Positions 8,617 to 16,205 of a stretch of DNA of 32,000 nucleotides are shown here, one piece after another. The stretch comes from an uncultured Chloroflexia bacterium (GTDB lineage Bacteria > Chloroflexota > Ktedonobacteria > Ktedonobacterales > JADMIN01): positions 990,001-1,022,000 of the forward strand of contig CAVRAI010000004.1 of assembly GCA_963718915.1 (NCBI GenBank), in the 5' to 3' direction. Each line of letters opens with the position of its first letter. Position 1 is the stretch's first letter. The position numbers and the translations under genes were made by a program. Below the pieces are notes generated by a model, which saw only the letters and a list, made by a program, of their open reading frames with translations, ran no database searches and had not been told where the DNA came from.

Positions 8617-10848
8617 TTACTCGAACAACGGACGCTCGATAAGGCGGTAGGACGGGTTGCGCAGGGAGCGTTCGGTAATAGGTTTTGCGGGAACCCCACC
8701 CACAACCGCGAACGGCTCGACATCCTTCGTGACGACAGCCCCTGCCATGACGACAGCCCCCTGACCAATCGTGACACCCTGTAGAATCATTGCCCGTGTC
8801 CCGATCCAGGCATAGTCGTCGATGACGATAGGCCGATAGTCACTGGGGAACCCAGGATCATTGATATCATGGGTTCCAGTAATGAGAGCAACCTCCGCCG
8901 AGATACTGACATTGCTGCCGATAACCAGGCCTCCAGATGTATAGATCAGACATTTCTGGTTAATGACCGTTCCGGTTCCAATCGAGACGCGACGACCGCT
9001 CGTTCGGATACCAGTCATCTGAATGTACGATCCCATCAAGATAGAGGCGTCATGCCCAATGTCCCAACCAAGCGCACGTCGATACCACGCAAGGCGTATC
9101 GTGTGACTTGGCACGTACGCGATGATGTAATTCGTGGCATATTTGATGGATGCCGCGCCAGTGTGGCGAAGTACGGAAGTTCCCCGTCTCACACTCGCTC
9201 GAACGTTGCTTGCAAGATGTGTCCCCCAGAAGGTCACGGCGTTTGCAAGATTCTGGAGCCAGCGCGGCAGTCTATTGGTATCCACCAACTGCACCCTTCC
9301 GCGTTCAACTTGCCAATCCGCACTAGATGAGTATCCGCTGCCACTCAATGCGAGAGCTGTTGACGAACCACTCTGTCTTGTCGCCACTGGCGCATTCACG
9401 GCAGGGGCAACGCTACGTGTCCGCCGAGCAATTGCCAGGTAAAGCGCATCGATGTCCTCGCGCGGAATCGTAGCTAGTGCGGTTGCAATCAACGCATAGG
9501 TAATGCCCGCAGCGGGCAAGATAACCAGGAGCGACAGCTTGCTCAACATGACTACGACGAGAGCCATTGCAAGGCTGGCCGCGAGTGCCTTAACGCCAGT
9601 CGCCATACTTCGTACTGGTAGCATTTTGCGTGGTAAAACGCAGAGCGCAAGCACCATAAGAAGCAGTTCAGTAAATGAGGTCACGATCGCTGCTCCCACG
9701 CCGCCTAAACGCGGAATCAGCAGGACGTTGCCAATGACATTGAATACCAGCGCCGCTCCGGCGATCCATGGCAACTGCTTCTCCATTTTTAAACTCATCA
9801 GGGCTGTTGTCCAGACGGAGTTGAGATAGAGAATCGCCAGTCCAGGCGCAAGAGCCTGCAAGATTGGTATTGACGGGTTAAACTGGTTGTTGTGATAGAG
9901 GTAGCCAATGATATTTGGCGCGGCGACGATAAGCCCCACCATAACAGGAATCCCAGCGACGAGCAGGAAATTCACGGATTTTTCGATAGCCACCTTCATC
10001 TGGCGTTCTGAATTCACCGACAACTTTGCCATCACTGGGTACATCACCGCCACGATGACAATGTTTGGCAGGAAGACCAGGGTGTCAAACAGCCGGTATG
10101 CCGCGCCATAGGTACCAACAGTTGTCGTCGAGGTCATCGCCTGCAAGAACACGGTATCAATGCGATAGTATATGACACCAATGACACCGTAGGTAAGAAA
10201 TGGAATACTCTGCATCACCAGGTTGCGCATGAGTTGGAAGTCGAAGCGCCAATGAATACCCACTAGGCGAATGAACCAGAAGAGTTGCCAGATCGCACCC
10301 GCGCATGCTCCAATCAGCAGTGCGGCCCCCGCAGCGACGACGCCACCTCCCGCGCGCATCCATACGATGGCAATGACCGCGCCGAGACCTTTTTCAATCA
10401 CTAGCGCAATCGCTGGAAATATCTGGCGTTGCGCCGCGGTATGAATCGAACCGAAAGTGCTGCCTGTCGCACTGATAAACAGGACACACCCGCACAGGAT
10501 CACGAGGATACGCTCTTCACGTGCGAAACCAAGCACATTGATCACACCGAGAATGGCGGCAAATAGGGTTGCCCACATCGCCAGTTTCAATATGAGCACG
10601 TTCGCGGGGTAACGCAGCGCCTTTGTTGGGTCTTGCGCCACGTCACGTACTATCTGCTGATTGAAGCCAAATTCGATAGGAAAGCCAACAAGCGCAACAA
10701 AGCTGATAGCGAAGAACAGCTCGCCAAACCGCTCGTCGCCAAGAAAGCGACCATATGCCGCGGTCAGCGCGAGAGTTGATATCCAGGTAATTATTTGACC
10801 GAAGAATGAGACGCCAGTATTGCCGATGACCTTTCGCAAGTTATTCAT
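8617..10848 (-). CDS. Wzx-type polysaccharide flippase (MOP/PST family) fused to a C-terminal left-handed-beta-helix acyl/acetyltransferase
   Basis: 743 aa. Residues 1 to about 470 are polytopic membrane protein with a flippase-like N-terminus (GNTGVSFFGQIITWISTLALTAAYGRFLG). Residues about 471-565 are a Ser/Ala-rich linker without a TM segment. Residues about 566-743 carry hexapeptide repeats (VSIGTGTVIN, LVIGSNVSIS, YAWIGTRAMILQGVTIGQGAVVMAGAVVTKDVEPFAVVGGVPAKPI). The start overlaps the upstream stop as ATGA. Confidence 0.8.
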   Translation of the reverse strand: MNNLRKVIGNTGVSFFGQIITWISTLALTAAYGRFLGDERFGELFFAISFVALVGFPIEFGFNQQIVRDVAQDPTKALRYPANVLILKLAMWATLFAAILGVINVLGFAREERILVILCGCVLFISATGSTFGSIHTAAQRQIFPAIALVIEKGLGAVIAIVWMRAGGGVVAAGAALLIGACAGAIWQLFWFIRLVGIHWRFDFQLMRNLVMQSIPFLTYGVIGVIYYRIDTVFLQAMTSTTTVGTYGAAYRLFDTLVFLPNIVIVAVMYPVMAKLSVNSERQMKVAIEKSVNFLLVAGIPVMVGLIVAAPNIIGYLYHNNQFNPSIPILQALAPGLAILYLNSVWTTALMSLKMEKQLPWIAGAALVFNVIGNVLLIPRLGGVGAAIVTSFTELLLMVLALCVLPRKMLPVRSMATGVKALAASLAMALVVVMLSKLSLLVILPAAGITYALIATALATIPREDIDALYLAIARRTRSVAPAVNAPVATRQSGSSTALALSGSGYSSSADWQVERGRVQLVDTNRLPRWLQNLANAVTFWGTHLASNVRASVRRGTSVLRHTGAASIKYATNYIIAYVPSHTIRLAWYRRALGWDIGHDASILMGSYIQMTGIRTSGRRVSIGTGTVINQKCLIYTSGGLVIGSNVSISAEVALITGTHDINDPGFPSDYRPIVIDDYAWIGTRAMILQGVTIGQGAVVMAGAVVTKDVEPFAVVGGVPAKPITERSLRNPSYRLIERPLFE

Positions 10849-12041
10849 GCATATGCCTCCTTGGCGTGTGGTTTGTGGACAAACCGGGCGGCGAGGACGG
10901 CGAGATCACCACAAGCTGGGAGCGGGTCACGCCAGTTCAGAACAGAGTAGGTGTTGCTGCCAAGCAACGAGCGCGCGTAACTCCAGGGTGTGGTGATGCC
11001 AGCGCGCATCTCCTGGACGCCCGCAAGGAGGTCTGTCGCCGCACGGATCCAGCGCGTGCCATAACGCGGAGCGAGTTGTGGCGATGATTGGCCGATCATT
11101 TGTTGATATTGGAGATAGGGGAGATCAAGCCCACAGGCGATACAGAGTGTATGCCAGCCCCAGGGCCGGATGTTGATATCGAGCAGTTGATACACGCCAT
11201 CGCGGGGATCTTGTTTGAATTCGACTTCTACCATCCCCGACGCGCGCATGTAGCGCAGCAAGCGCTCGGTTGGCTCGATCAGTTCTGGCAGGTATACTGA
11301 CTCAACGAAACTGCTGCCCAGACCGTAATCGATCGGGTATTGGCGTCGGCGACGCGCAGTCATCAACTGTTTGATCTCACCATCAAGACAGAGAGTGGCG
11401 ACTGAAACTTGACTGGCGCCACCACCGGGAATCACTTCCTGTACCATGATCTCATCAGGGCTGACTAAATTTGTCGCGATTCGATATTGTGTATGGAGTT
11501 CTTCGATATTAGCGGCAGGCAGCGCTTTCAAGCGCGCGGCATGTTGCATCCGAATGGAGATGGCGGGCTTGAGGATAACCGGATACCGAAGGTTGAGTTG
11601 ATCCAGGTCCCCTTCATGCGCGGGATACCACGTGCCTGGGTAAGCTACCGCTGATTCGCGCGCCATACGATCAGTGAGCCGCTTGTCGAATGCCCAGCGG
11701 ACGACATCCCATGGCGGCGTTGTTGGTCGATAGATCATCGCTAGCGCATCGCGGTGTTCTGCGACAAGCCCCACTGCGTCATCTTGCGCCGCCACAAGCA
11801 TCCAGTCTTGCAAATGATGCTCGCGCCCAATCTGCACCAGGTAATCAGCAAGCTCGGGGTCTTCCAGTGACCCGTGCCAAGAAAACCGACGTGTCACGTA
11901 GCGCGAAAACCACGCCGAGCGTGGCTGGCTGTCGACGACGATTGCGGGGATGCCATGTCGTCCCAGGCTGCGAATAACACCCAGCGCTTTGAAATCGCTT
12001 CCCAGCACCAGAACACCAGGTATTGGTCTCATATCTCGCAT
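10845..12041 (-). CDS. ATP-grasp carboxylate-amine ligase (COG3919-like, D-aspartate-ligase-type)
   Basis: The N-terminal pre-ATP-grasp segment is GVLVLGSDFKALGVIRSLGRHGIPAIVVD. ATP-grasp core strings are YPVILKP, MVQEVIPGG and MVEVEFKQDPRDGVYQLLDINIRPWG. ATG 12041 has GGAGAAGG 5 nt upstream; the tracked GTG 12080 is less likely. Confidence 0.75.
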   Translation of the reverse strand: MRDMRPIPGVLVLGSDFKALGVIRSLGRHGIPAIVVDSQPRSAWFSRYVTRRFSWHGSLEDPELADYLVQIGREHHLQDWMLVAAQDDAVGLVAEHRDALAMIYRPTTPPWDVVRWAFDKRLTDRMARESAVAYPGTWYPAHEGDLDQLNLRYPVILKPAISIRMQHAARLKALPAANIEELHTQYRIATNLVSPDEIMVQEVIPGGGASQVSVATLCLDGEIKQLMTARRRRQYPIDYGLGSSFVESVYLPELIEPTERLLRYMRASGMVEVEFKQDPRDGVYQLLDINIRPWGWHTLCIACGLDLPYLQYQQMIGQSSPQLAPRYGTRWIRAATDLLAGVQEMRAGITTPWSYARSLLGSNTYSVLNWRDPLPACGDLAVLAARFVHKPHAKEAYA

Positions 12042-12107
12042 CGTCGCCTTCTCCCCCACCTCAACACTTCCAAGGCTCACTCGAGGCGCTCGCCAGCGCC
12101 TTCTCTC

Positions 12108-13337
12108 TCAACCGCGAATCGAGGTTAGACTCTCTGAATTTTCGAGTTCCGTCTGCGCTGTACCACGCGCCAATCGGTGTGTTATGTGGCGAGCCGCAAG
12201 GCCTGTTCCGGCGACAAAGCGCGTCAGTGGGCCGAAGTTGTGGGCCGCTATCGCGCCGACAAAGAACAGACCCGGCACGCTTGATTGGTAGGAGGTATCA
12301 AGCAGCGGCATTGTTCCTGCGCGCTGCACTTGTTCACGCATGACCGGATTAATGAATGTGAGCCGATCAACATCAGGCCGGTATCCGGTACCTGCGAAGA
12401 GATGGTCGACGACTCGCGTTGTTCCGTCTGTGAGCGTCAACTCCAGTTCTTCGCCATGCGGACGAGCTTTTGCAACCTCCGCGCCTGCTGTGATCGCAAC
12501 ATGTCCCTCAACACGATTTCGCAACCATTTCGCGCCAGCTGGCCGTGTTGCGCGCTGGTCAATCTTCGCGCGCAGCTCCTCCGGAAACATGTAATAGAAG
12601 GATGCGAAATGGATAACCCAGGTCAATCCAGCAGGCCCAATGTCGGATGGGGCGTAGAATGCTCGACGAACCAGGCCACCTTTTTCGTAGAGTTTCCGTT
12701 GACTCCAGATGATTGGCCCGTGCGCTATGACCTCTACGTGCGTGGCGCCTGCTTCACTGAGGAATGCCGCAGTCTGGACCGCGCTCTGCCCTCGGCCCAG
12801 AACGGCGACGCGTTTTCCAGCGAACTTGCTGAACTCTTTGTGATCCTGCGTATGTGACGCCAGAGATGGGGGCAAATCGTGGGCAAACGCTGGTAGATGG
12901 GCAAACGATTGAATACCAGTCGCCACGATGGCCGACCCAGCATTAACGCTGCGCCCATCGTTCAGCTCCAGTCGAAACTGGTCACCATCGCGAGCAAGCG
13001 ATTGCACAAAGGCTGAGTCAACGTCTGGAACCGTATTGCGTTGTACCCACCGCCCGTATTCGACGAAATCGGGCAATGGCACTGGCTCCTGCTGTTGATA
13101 TCCGGTAGTAGCAACGTAACGGTCCAGTGTGTAAAGTCTGTGCGGATCGGCAATCGAGGAAGCGGACCAGACGGATTTCAGAAACATCCCATTTGGCATA
13201 CGATCCCAGAAGGCCATAGGCTTGCCGAAAACTAAAGTAGGAATGCCCCGATTTCGTAAATGCGCTGCTATTGAGATGCCATAGGGACCTGCGCCAATGA
13301 TCGCGACTGGATACTGTTTCACCTGTGTTTGCTCCAT
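12108..13337 (-). CDS. FAD/NAD(P)-binding flavoprotein, two-dinucleotide-fold monooxygenase-like (FMO / N-hydroxylase-like)
   Basis: The first Rossmann motif is VAIIGAGPYGISIAAHL and the second is RVAVLGRGQSAVQTAAFL. C-terminal strings FAGTGYRPD and GLFFVGAIAA are also present. ATG 13337 follows a GGTGGGGA run; the GTG 13373 alternative is in the same frame. Confidence 0.7.
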   Translation of the reverse strand: MEQTQVKQYPVAIIGAGPYGISIAAHLRNRGIPTLVFGKPMAFWDRMPNGMFLKSVWSASSIADPHRLYTLDRYVATTGYQQQEPVPLPDFVEYGRWVQRNTVPDVDSAFVQSLARDGDQFRLELNDGRSVNAGSAIVATGIQSFAHLPAFAHDLPPSLASHTQDHKEFSKFAGKRVAVLGRGQSAVQTAAFLSEAGATHVEVIAHGPIIWSQRKLYEKGGLVRRAFYAPSDIGPAGLTWVIHFASFYYMFPEELRAKIDQRATRPAGAKWLRNRVEGHVAITAGAEVAKARPHGEELELTLTDGTTRVVDHLFAGTGYRPDVDRLTFINPVMREQVQRAGTMPLLDTSYQSSVPGLFFVGAIAAHNFGPLTRFVAGTGLAARHITHRLARGTAQTELENSESLTSIRG

Positions 13338-13543
13338 TCCCCACCGCGCGGATGCCGCGCATACGTCCACCACTCATCAGAAATGCGCCCTGTCGCGTGC
13401 CCTCGTTCAAGCGCATCCATGCTCATTCGCACCACGCTGTCGTCGATGCCGCTCATGGCGCCGTTGTCGAGGGCGCGCAGTCTCCGAATTGCGTATATTC
13501 GATAATCAGCGTAATGCGTTTGAGCAGCGATGCCTATATTCAT
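13319..13543 (-). CDS. Possible small hypothetical protein (74 aa) overlapping the flavoprotein start
   Basis: This is the only ORF covering the coding-like, GC-richer stretch 13374-13543. Its stop overlaps ATG 13337 by 19 nt. It has no SD and no recognisable motif. Confidence 0.25.
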   Translation of the reverse strand: MNIGIAAQTHYADYRIYAIRRLRALDNGAMSGIDDSVVRMSMDALERGHATGRISDEWWTYARHPRGGEWSKHR

Positions 13544-13588
13544 CGTGGTAACAAACTGGTGCAGCTAGAATGTTGTCAGTGCAGATAC

Positions 13589-13607
13589 GTATTCGTTTGG
13601 TATTCGT
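13589..13607. repeat. Direct repeat GTATTCGT x2 with 11-bp period
   Basis: Exact copies at 13589-13596 and 13600-13607. Related (A/G)TTCGT(G/T) strings recur near 13675, 13696, 13739 and 13922 in the same intergenic region. Confidence 0.6.
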
Positions 13608-13616
13608 GGTTCTGGC

Positions 13617-13643
13617 AATGTCTCTCGACAAAATGTCTCTCGA
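13617..13643. repeat. Direct repeat AATGTCTCTCGA x2 with 15-bp period
   Basis: Exact 12-nt copies at 13617-13628 and 13632-13643. Confidence 0.6.
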
Positions 13644-14107
13644 TAACATGAGTGCATTCACAGAGAGCTGATTGGTTCGTTACTAGAATGAGGACGTTCG
13701 TGAGGCCTCAATCAGTTCGGTGTGAGAATATCAGTGGATTCGTGCCCTAAGTTGGGTTATCTTCGTCATCATTAACAACGAATCCAACGGCCATTACCAT
13801 TGCGCTTGCACGCTAAGATTTCAGGTTTCCGATGCTCCCTGGGTGTCTTGAGGCGCCTACTTAGCCCTGGCTTGCGTACACGCAGGTGATCTCCACTGTC
13901 TGTTCGCGCTCTCATACCTGTGTTCGTAACGGATTACCCGTAACTTTTCGGACGCATTTATGGCGTGTTTGGATGTACACCTGCGGCACTTCCCATGCAC
14001 CCCTCAAATACATCCGGCCATACCGGGACACCTGCGCTGAGGGGCTACACTGATCTTGTATGTGACTGCTAAACGCCAGCCCATGCTCTATTGGAGGTAC
14101 GAGTAGC

Positions 14108-15118
14108 ATGACCAAATTTCTTGAGATTCTCTTCCGCAATAAAATGAAGCTGGTGGCGCTTCTCCTGCTGCCTGTCCTGGTGAGTGGCATCGTTGTTTTT
14201 TTTCTGCCCCGCACATATCAGGCAACTGCCAGATTGCTTGCGGAGCGACGGTATACCGTGATTGGCGCGACTGGTCCAGAATCTGATCTGCAATCTACGC
14301 CGTCAACGACCCAGGCGACTGCATTGACGGAGTTCTTGCAGACCGAAGACTTTGACGTTGCGGTTGCCAAAGATACCGGCCTCGCAAAGCAGATGAACGT
14401 TCCATCGTCGGATGTACAGCGCTTAAAAGATGCTCTCTATGCTGAGATTTCCACACATGTCTCAGTGACGGCGTCGGGCTCCAACCTGTTTATAATCACC
14501 TACTCAAATAAAGATCCTCTGGTGGCAATGCGGGTGGTGAACGCGGTTGTCAATCAATACGGCGAGCAGAGCGCGTTCTACGCTACCACAGAAGGCCAGC
14601 AACTGCTCAAGAGTCTCCAGGGGCAACTCGACGCCGCCCAGGCGCTTGCAGACAGCAAAACAAAAGCAGCGGCGCAGTACCTCAGTGACCATAACCTCAC
14701 CCCTGCGTCAGCTATTGCCCAAAGCGATCCGCAATATCAAGCGCTCGCCAACGATGCTACCCAGGCAAATACGAATCTCGCGACCATTCGAAATAACTTC
14801 AATAGCTTAGAGTCGCAGGTTAACTCATTAAACCAAGGGCTGTTCCTGACTATCGACGCGCCGACGCTGCCTACGCAACCGGAGTCGCGGGTCAAGTCGC
14901 TACTGGTTGGTGGGGGTGTTGGCCTGGTCATTGGGCTACTTGCGGCCATTGGCTTTTTTCTCATCCTGGTACGGCTAGACCAGTCGGTGTACTCGTCTGC
15001 TGAGATGCCAGCGATTACGGACTATCCTGTGCTGATTCAGATTCAAAAGCTCCCGCGTCGGTCGGCAACATGGATTACCCGCACGAACAGCAAACTGATC
15101 ACAGAAAAGGGAGCGTAG
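14108..15118 (+). CDS. Wzz-type polysaccharide co-polymerase / chain-length determinant
   Basis: N-terminal TM segment followed by FFLPRTYQATARLL. A long coiled-coil-like periplasmic/extracytoplasmic region follows. A proline motif (PTLPTQPESR) sits before the C-terminal TM segment LLVGGGVGLVIGLLAAIGFFLIL. GGAGG lies at 14093-14097. Confidence 0.8.
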   Translation: MTKFLEILFRNKMKLVALLLLPVLVSGIVVFFLPRTYQATARLLAERRYTVIGATGPESDLQSTPSTTQATALTEFLQTEDFDVAVAKDTGLAKQMNVPSSDVQRLKDALYAEISTHVSVTASGSNLFIITYSNKDPLVAMRVVNAVVNQYGEQSAFYATTEGQQLLKSLQGQLDAAQALADSKTKAAAQYLSDHNLTPASAIAQSDPQYQALANDATQANTNLATIRNNFNSLESQVNSLNQGLFLTIDAPTLPTQPESRVKSLLVGGGVGLVIGLLAAIGFFLILVRLDQSVYSSAEMPAITDYPVLIQIQKLPRRSATWITRTNSKLITEKGA

Positions 15119-15201
15119 TCGTGCCCGCAGCCCAGCGGACTGACTGAACCACAGGTTTACTGAATCAACTCATCACATCGGCTGGCTAAAGTGGAGGGAC
15201 A

Positions 15202-16053
15202 ATGAAGACCATTGATTCGCGGAATCATAAGTTGAGACAAGATGGTCATATGAGGGAAGAAGTGATCATCGATGGCGAGAAGGGCACAGAGGACGAAAAC
15301 CTGGCAATGCCAACACGAGCGGTGACATCGCAGTTCATTACTTCGCTATCCCCAAAGAATGGCTCGCTTTCTCCAAAGGGTGCTCCGGTGCTTTCGAAGA
15401 AGCCTCGGCCACTCTCTGAGCGGGAATCTGGCTCTATCGCCCGCCTTCAGGCCGAGTTCCTCCATGTGAGTTTGCCGCTCTTCTTCTCCGACCAGTTTCC
15501 CGTGCGTTCGATTGGAGTTACCAGTGCGGTTGCTGGCGAAGGTAAGACGCTGTCTGCTTTGCTGGCCAGCCATGCATTGGCGACAAGCTCGCGTCGGCCT
15601 GTATTGCTGGTCGAGTGTGACTGGGATCGCCCGACGCTAAGCCGCGACCTCCATCTGCCAGCGTCGCCAGGTCTTTCGGAGTGGCTGCGCGGAACGACCG
15701 ATCGCTCTGATGTCCGCCACCAATTCATGCCTAATCTGACGGTTGTGCCCGCTGGTTTGGGCGGCCCGGATGCGATGACAGCTCTCGCTGAGCTTCAGCG
15801 GCCAGAATTACGTGAGCGATTAGCCGACCCTGATGAGCTGATGATTCTCGATCTACCATCAGTGCTTGGCTCATATTATGGAGTACTTGCCGCACGATTA
15901 GCCGAGGCGTTGTTCTTGGTTGTGCGCGCTGGCTCGACACCGGCCTCATTTATCACTCGCGCAACTGACGAATTGAAGGATCTTCGCATTGAAGGCATCA
16001 TCCTCAACCAGGTTCACACGCGGGTACCACGCTGGCTTCAAAGTCTGCTCTAG
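15202..16053 (+). CDS. BY-kinase-like P-loop ATPase (CpsD/CapB-type) lacking a C-terminal tyrosine cluster
   Basis: Walker A is SAVAGEGKT, Walker A' is VLLVECDWDRP and Walker B is LMILDLPS, followed by IEGIILNQV. The C-terminus ...HTRVPRWLQSLL has no Tyr. The protein has an N-terminal extension of about 95 aa. GGAGG lies 4 nt before ATG 15202. Confidence 0.75.
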   Translation: MKTIDSRNHKLRQDGHMREEVIIDGEKGTEDENLAMPTRAVTSQFITSLSPKNGSLSPKGAPVLSKKPRPLSERESGSIARLQAEFLHVSLPLFFSDQFPVRSIGVTSAVAGEGKTLSALLASHALATSSRRPVLLVECDWDRPTLSRDLHLPASPGLSEWLRGTTDRSDVRHQFMPNLTVVPAGLGGPDAMTALAELQRPELRERLADPDELMILDLPSVLGSYYGVLAARLAEALFLVVRAGSTPASFITRATDELKDLRIEGIILNQVHTRVPRWLQSLL

Positions 16054-16064
16054 GGGGGACGAGC

Positions 16065-16199
16065 ATGGTCACAACCTCAGCCTTGCTCGTGGCTTTTCTT
16101 GCAATAGGCTGCTTCACGCGCAAGTTTTCGGGCCGCACGCGTCTGCTGATGATGGGCGCCATCGTTGTCGGAATTGTCTTGTTAATGCGGGGTCAATAA
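16065..16199 (+). CDS. Small hydrophobic protein, 44 aa, two predicted TM segments (below the ORF-track size cutoff)
   Basis: Hand translation gives MVTTSALLVAFLAIGCFTRKFSGRTRLLMMGAIVVGIVLLMRGQ*. A GGGGGGA SD lies 5 nt upstream of ATG 16065. The ORF fits between the upstream stop (16053) and the downstream ATG (16206). A basic loop (TRKFSGRTR) separates two hydrophobic stretches. Confidence 0.6.
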   Translation: MVTTSALLVAFLAIGCFTRKFSGRTRLLMMGAIVVGIVLLMRGQ

Positions 16200-16205
16200 A
16201 GTGCC

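Noticed and set aside
13617-13643. Possible CRISPR or minisatellite
   Set aside because: There are only two 12-nt copies with a 3-nt spacer. There is no array structure and there are no cas genes. It is treated as a candidate protein-binding repeat instead.
13801-14107. c-di-GMP or other known riboswitch in the wzz leader
   Set aside because: I could not find the tetraloop/receptor and conserved core strings of the GEMM classes, or any other class I can recognise by eye. This needs an Infernal/Rfam scan.
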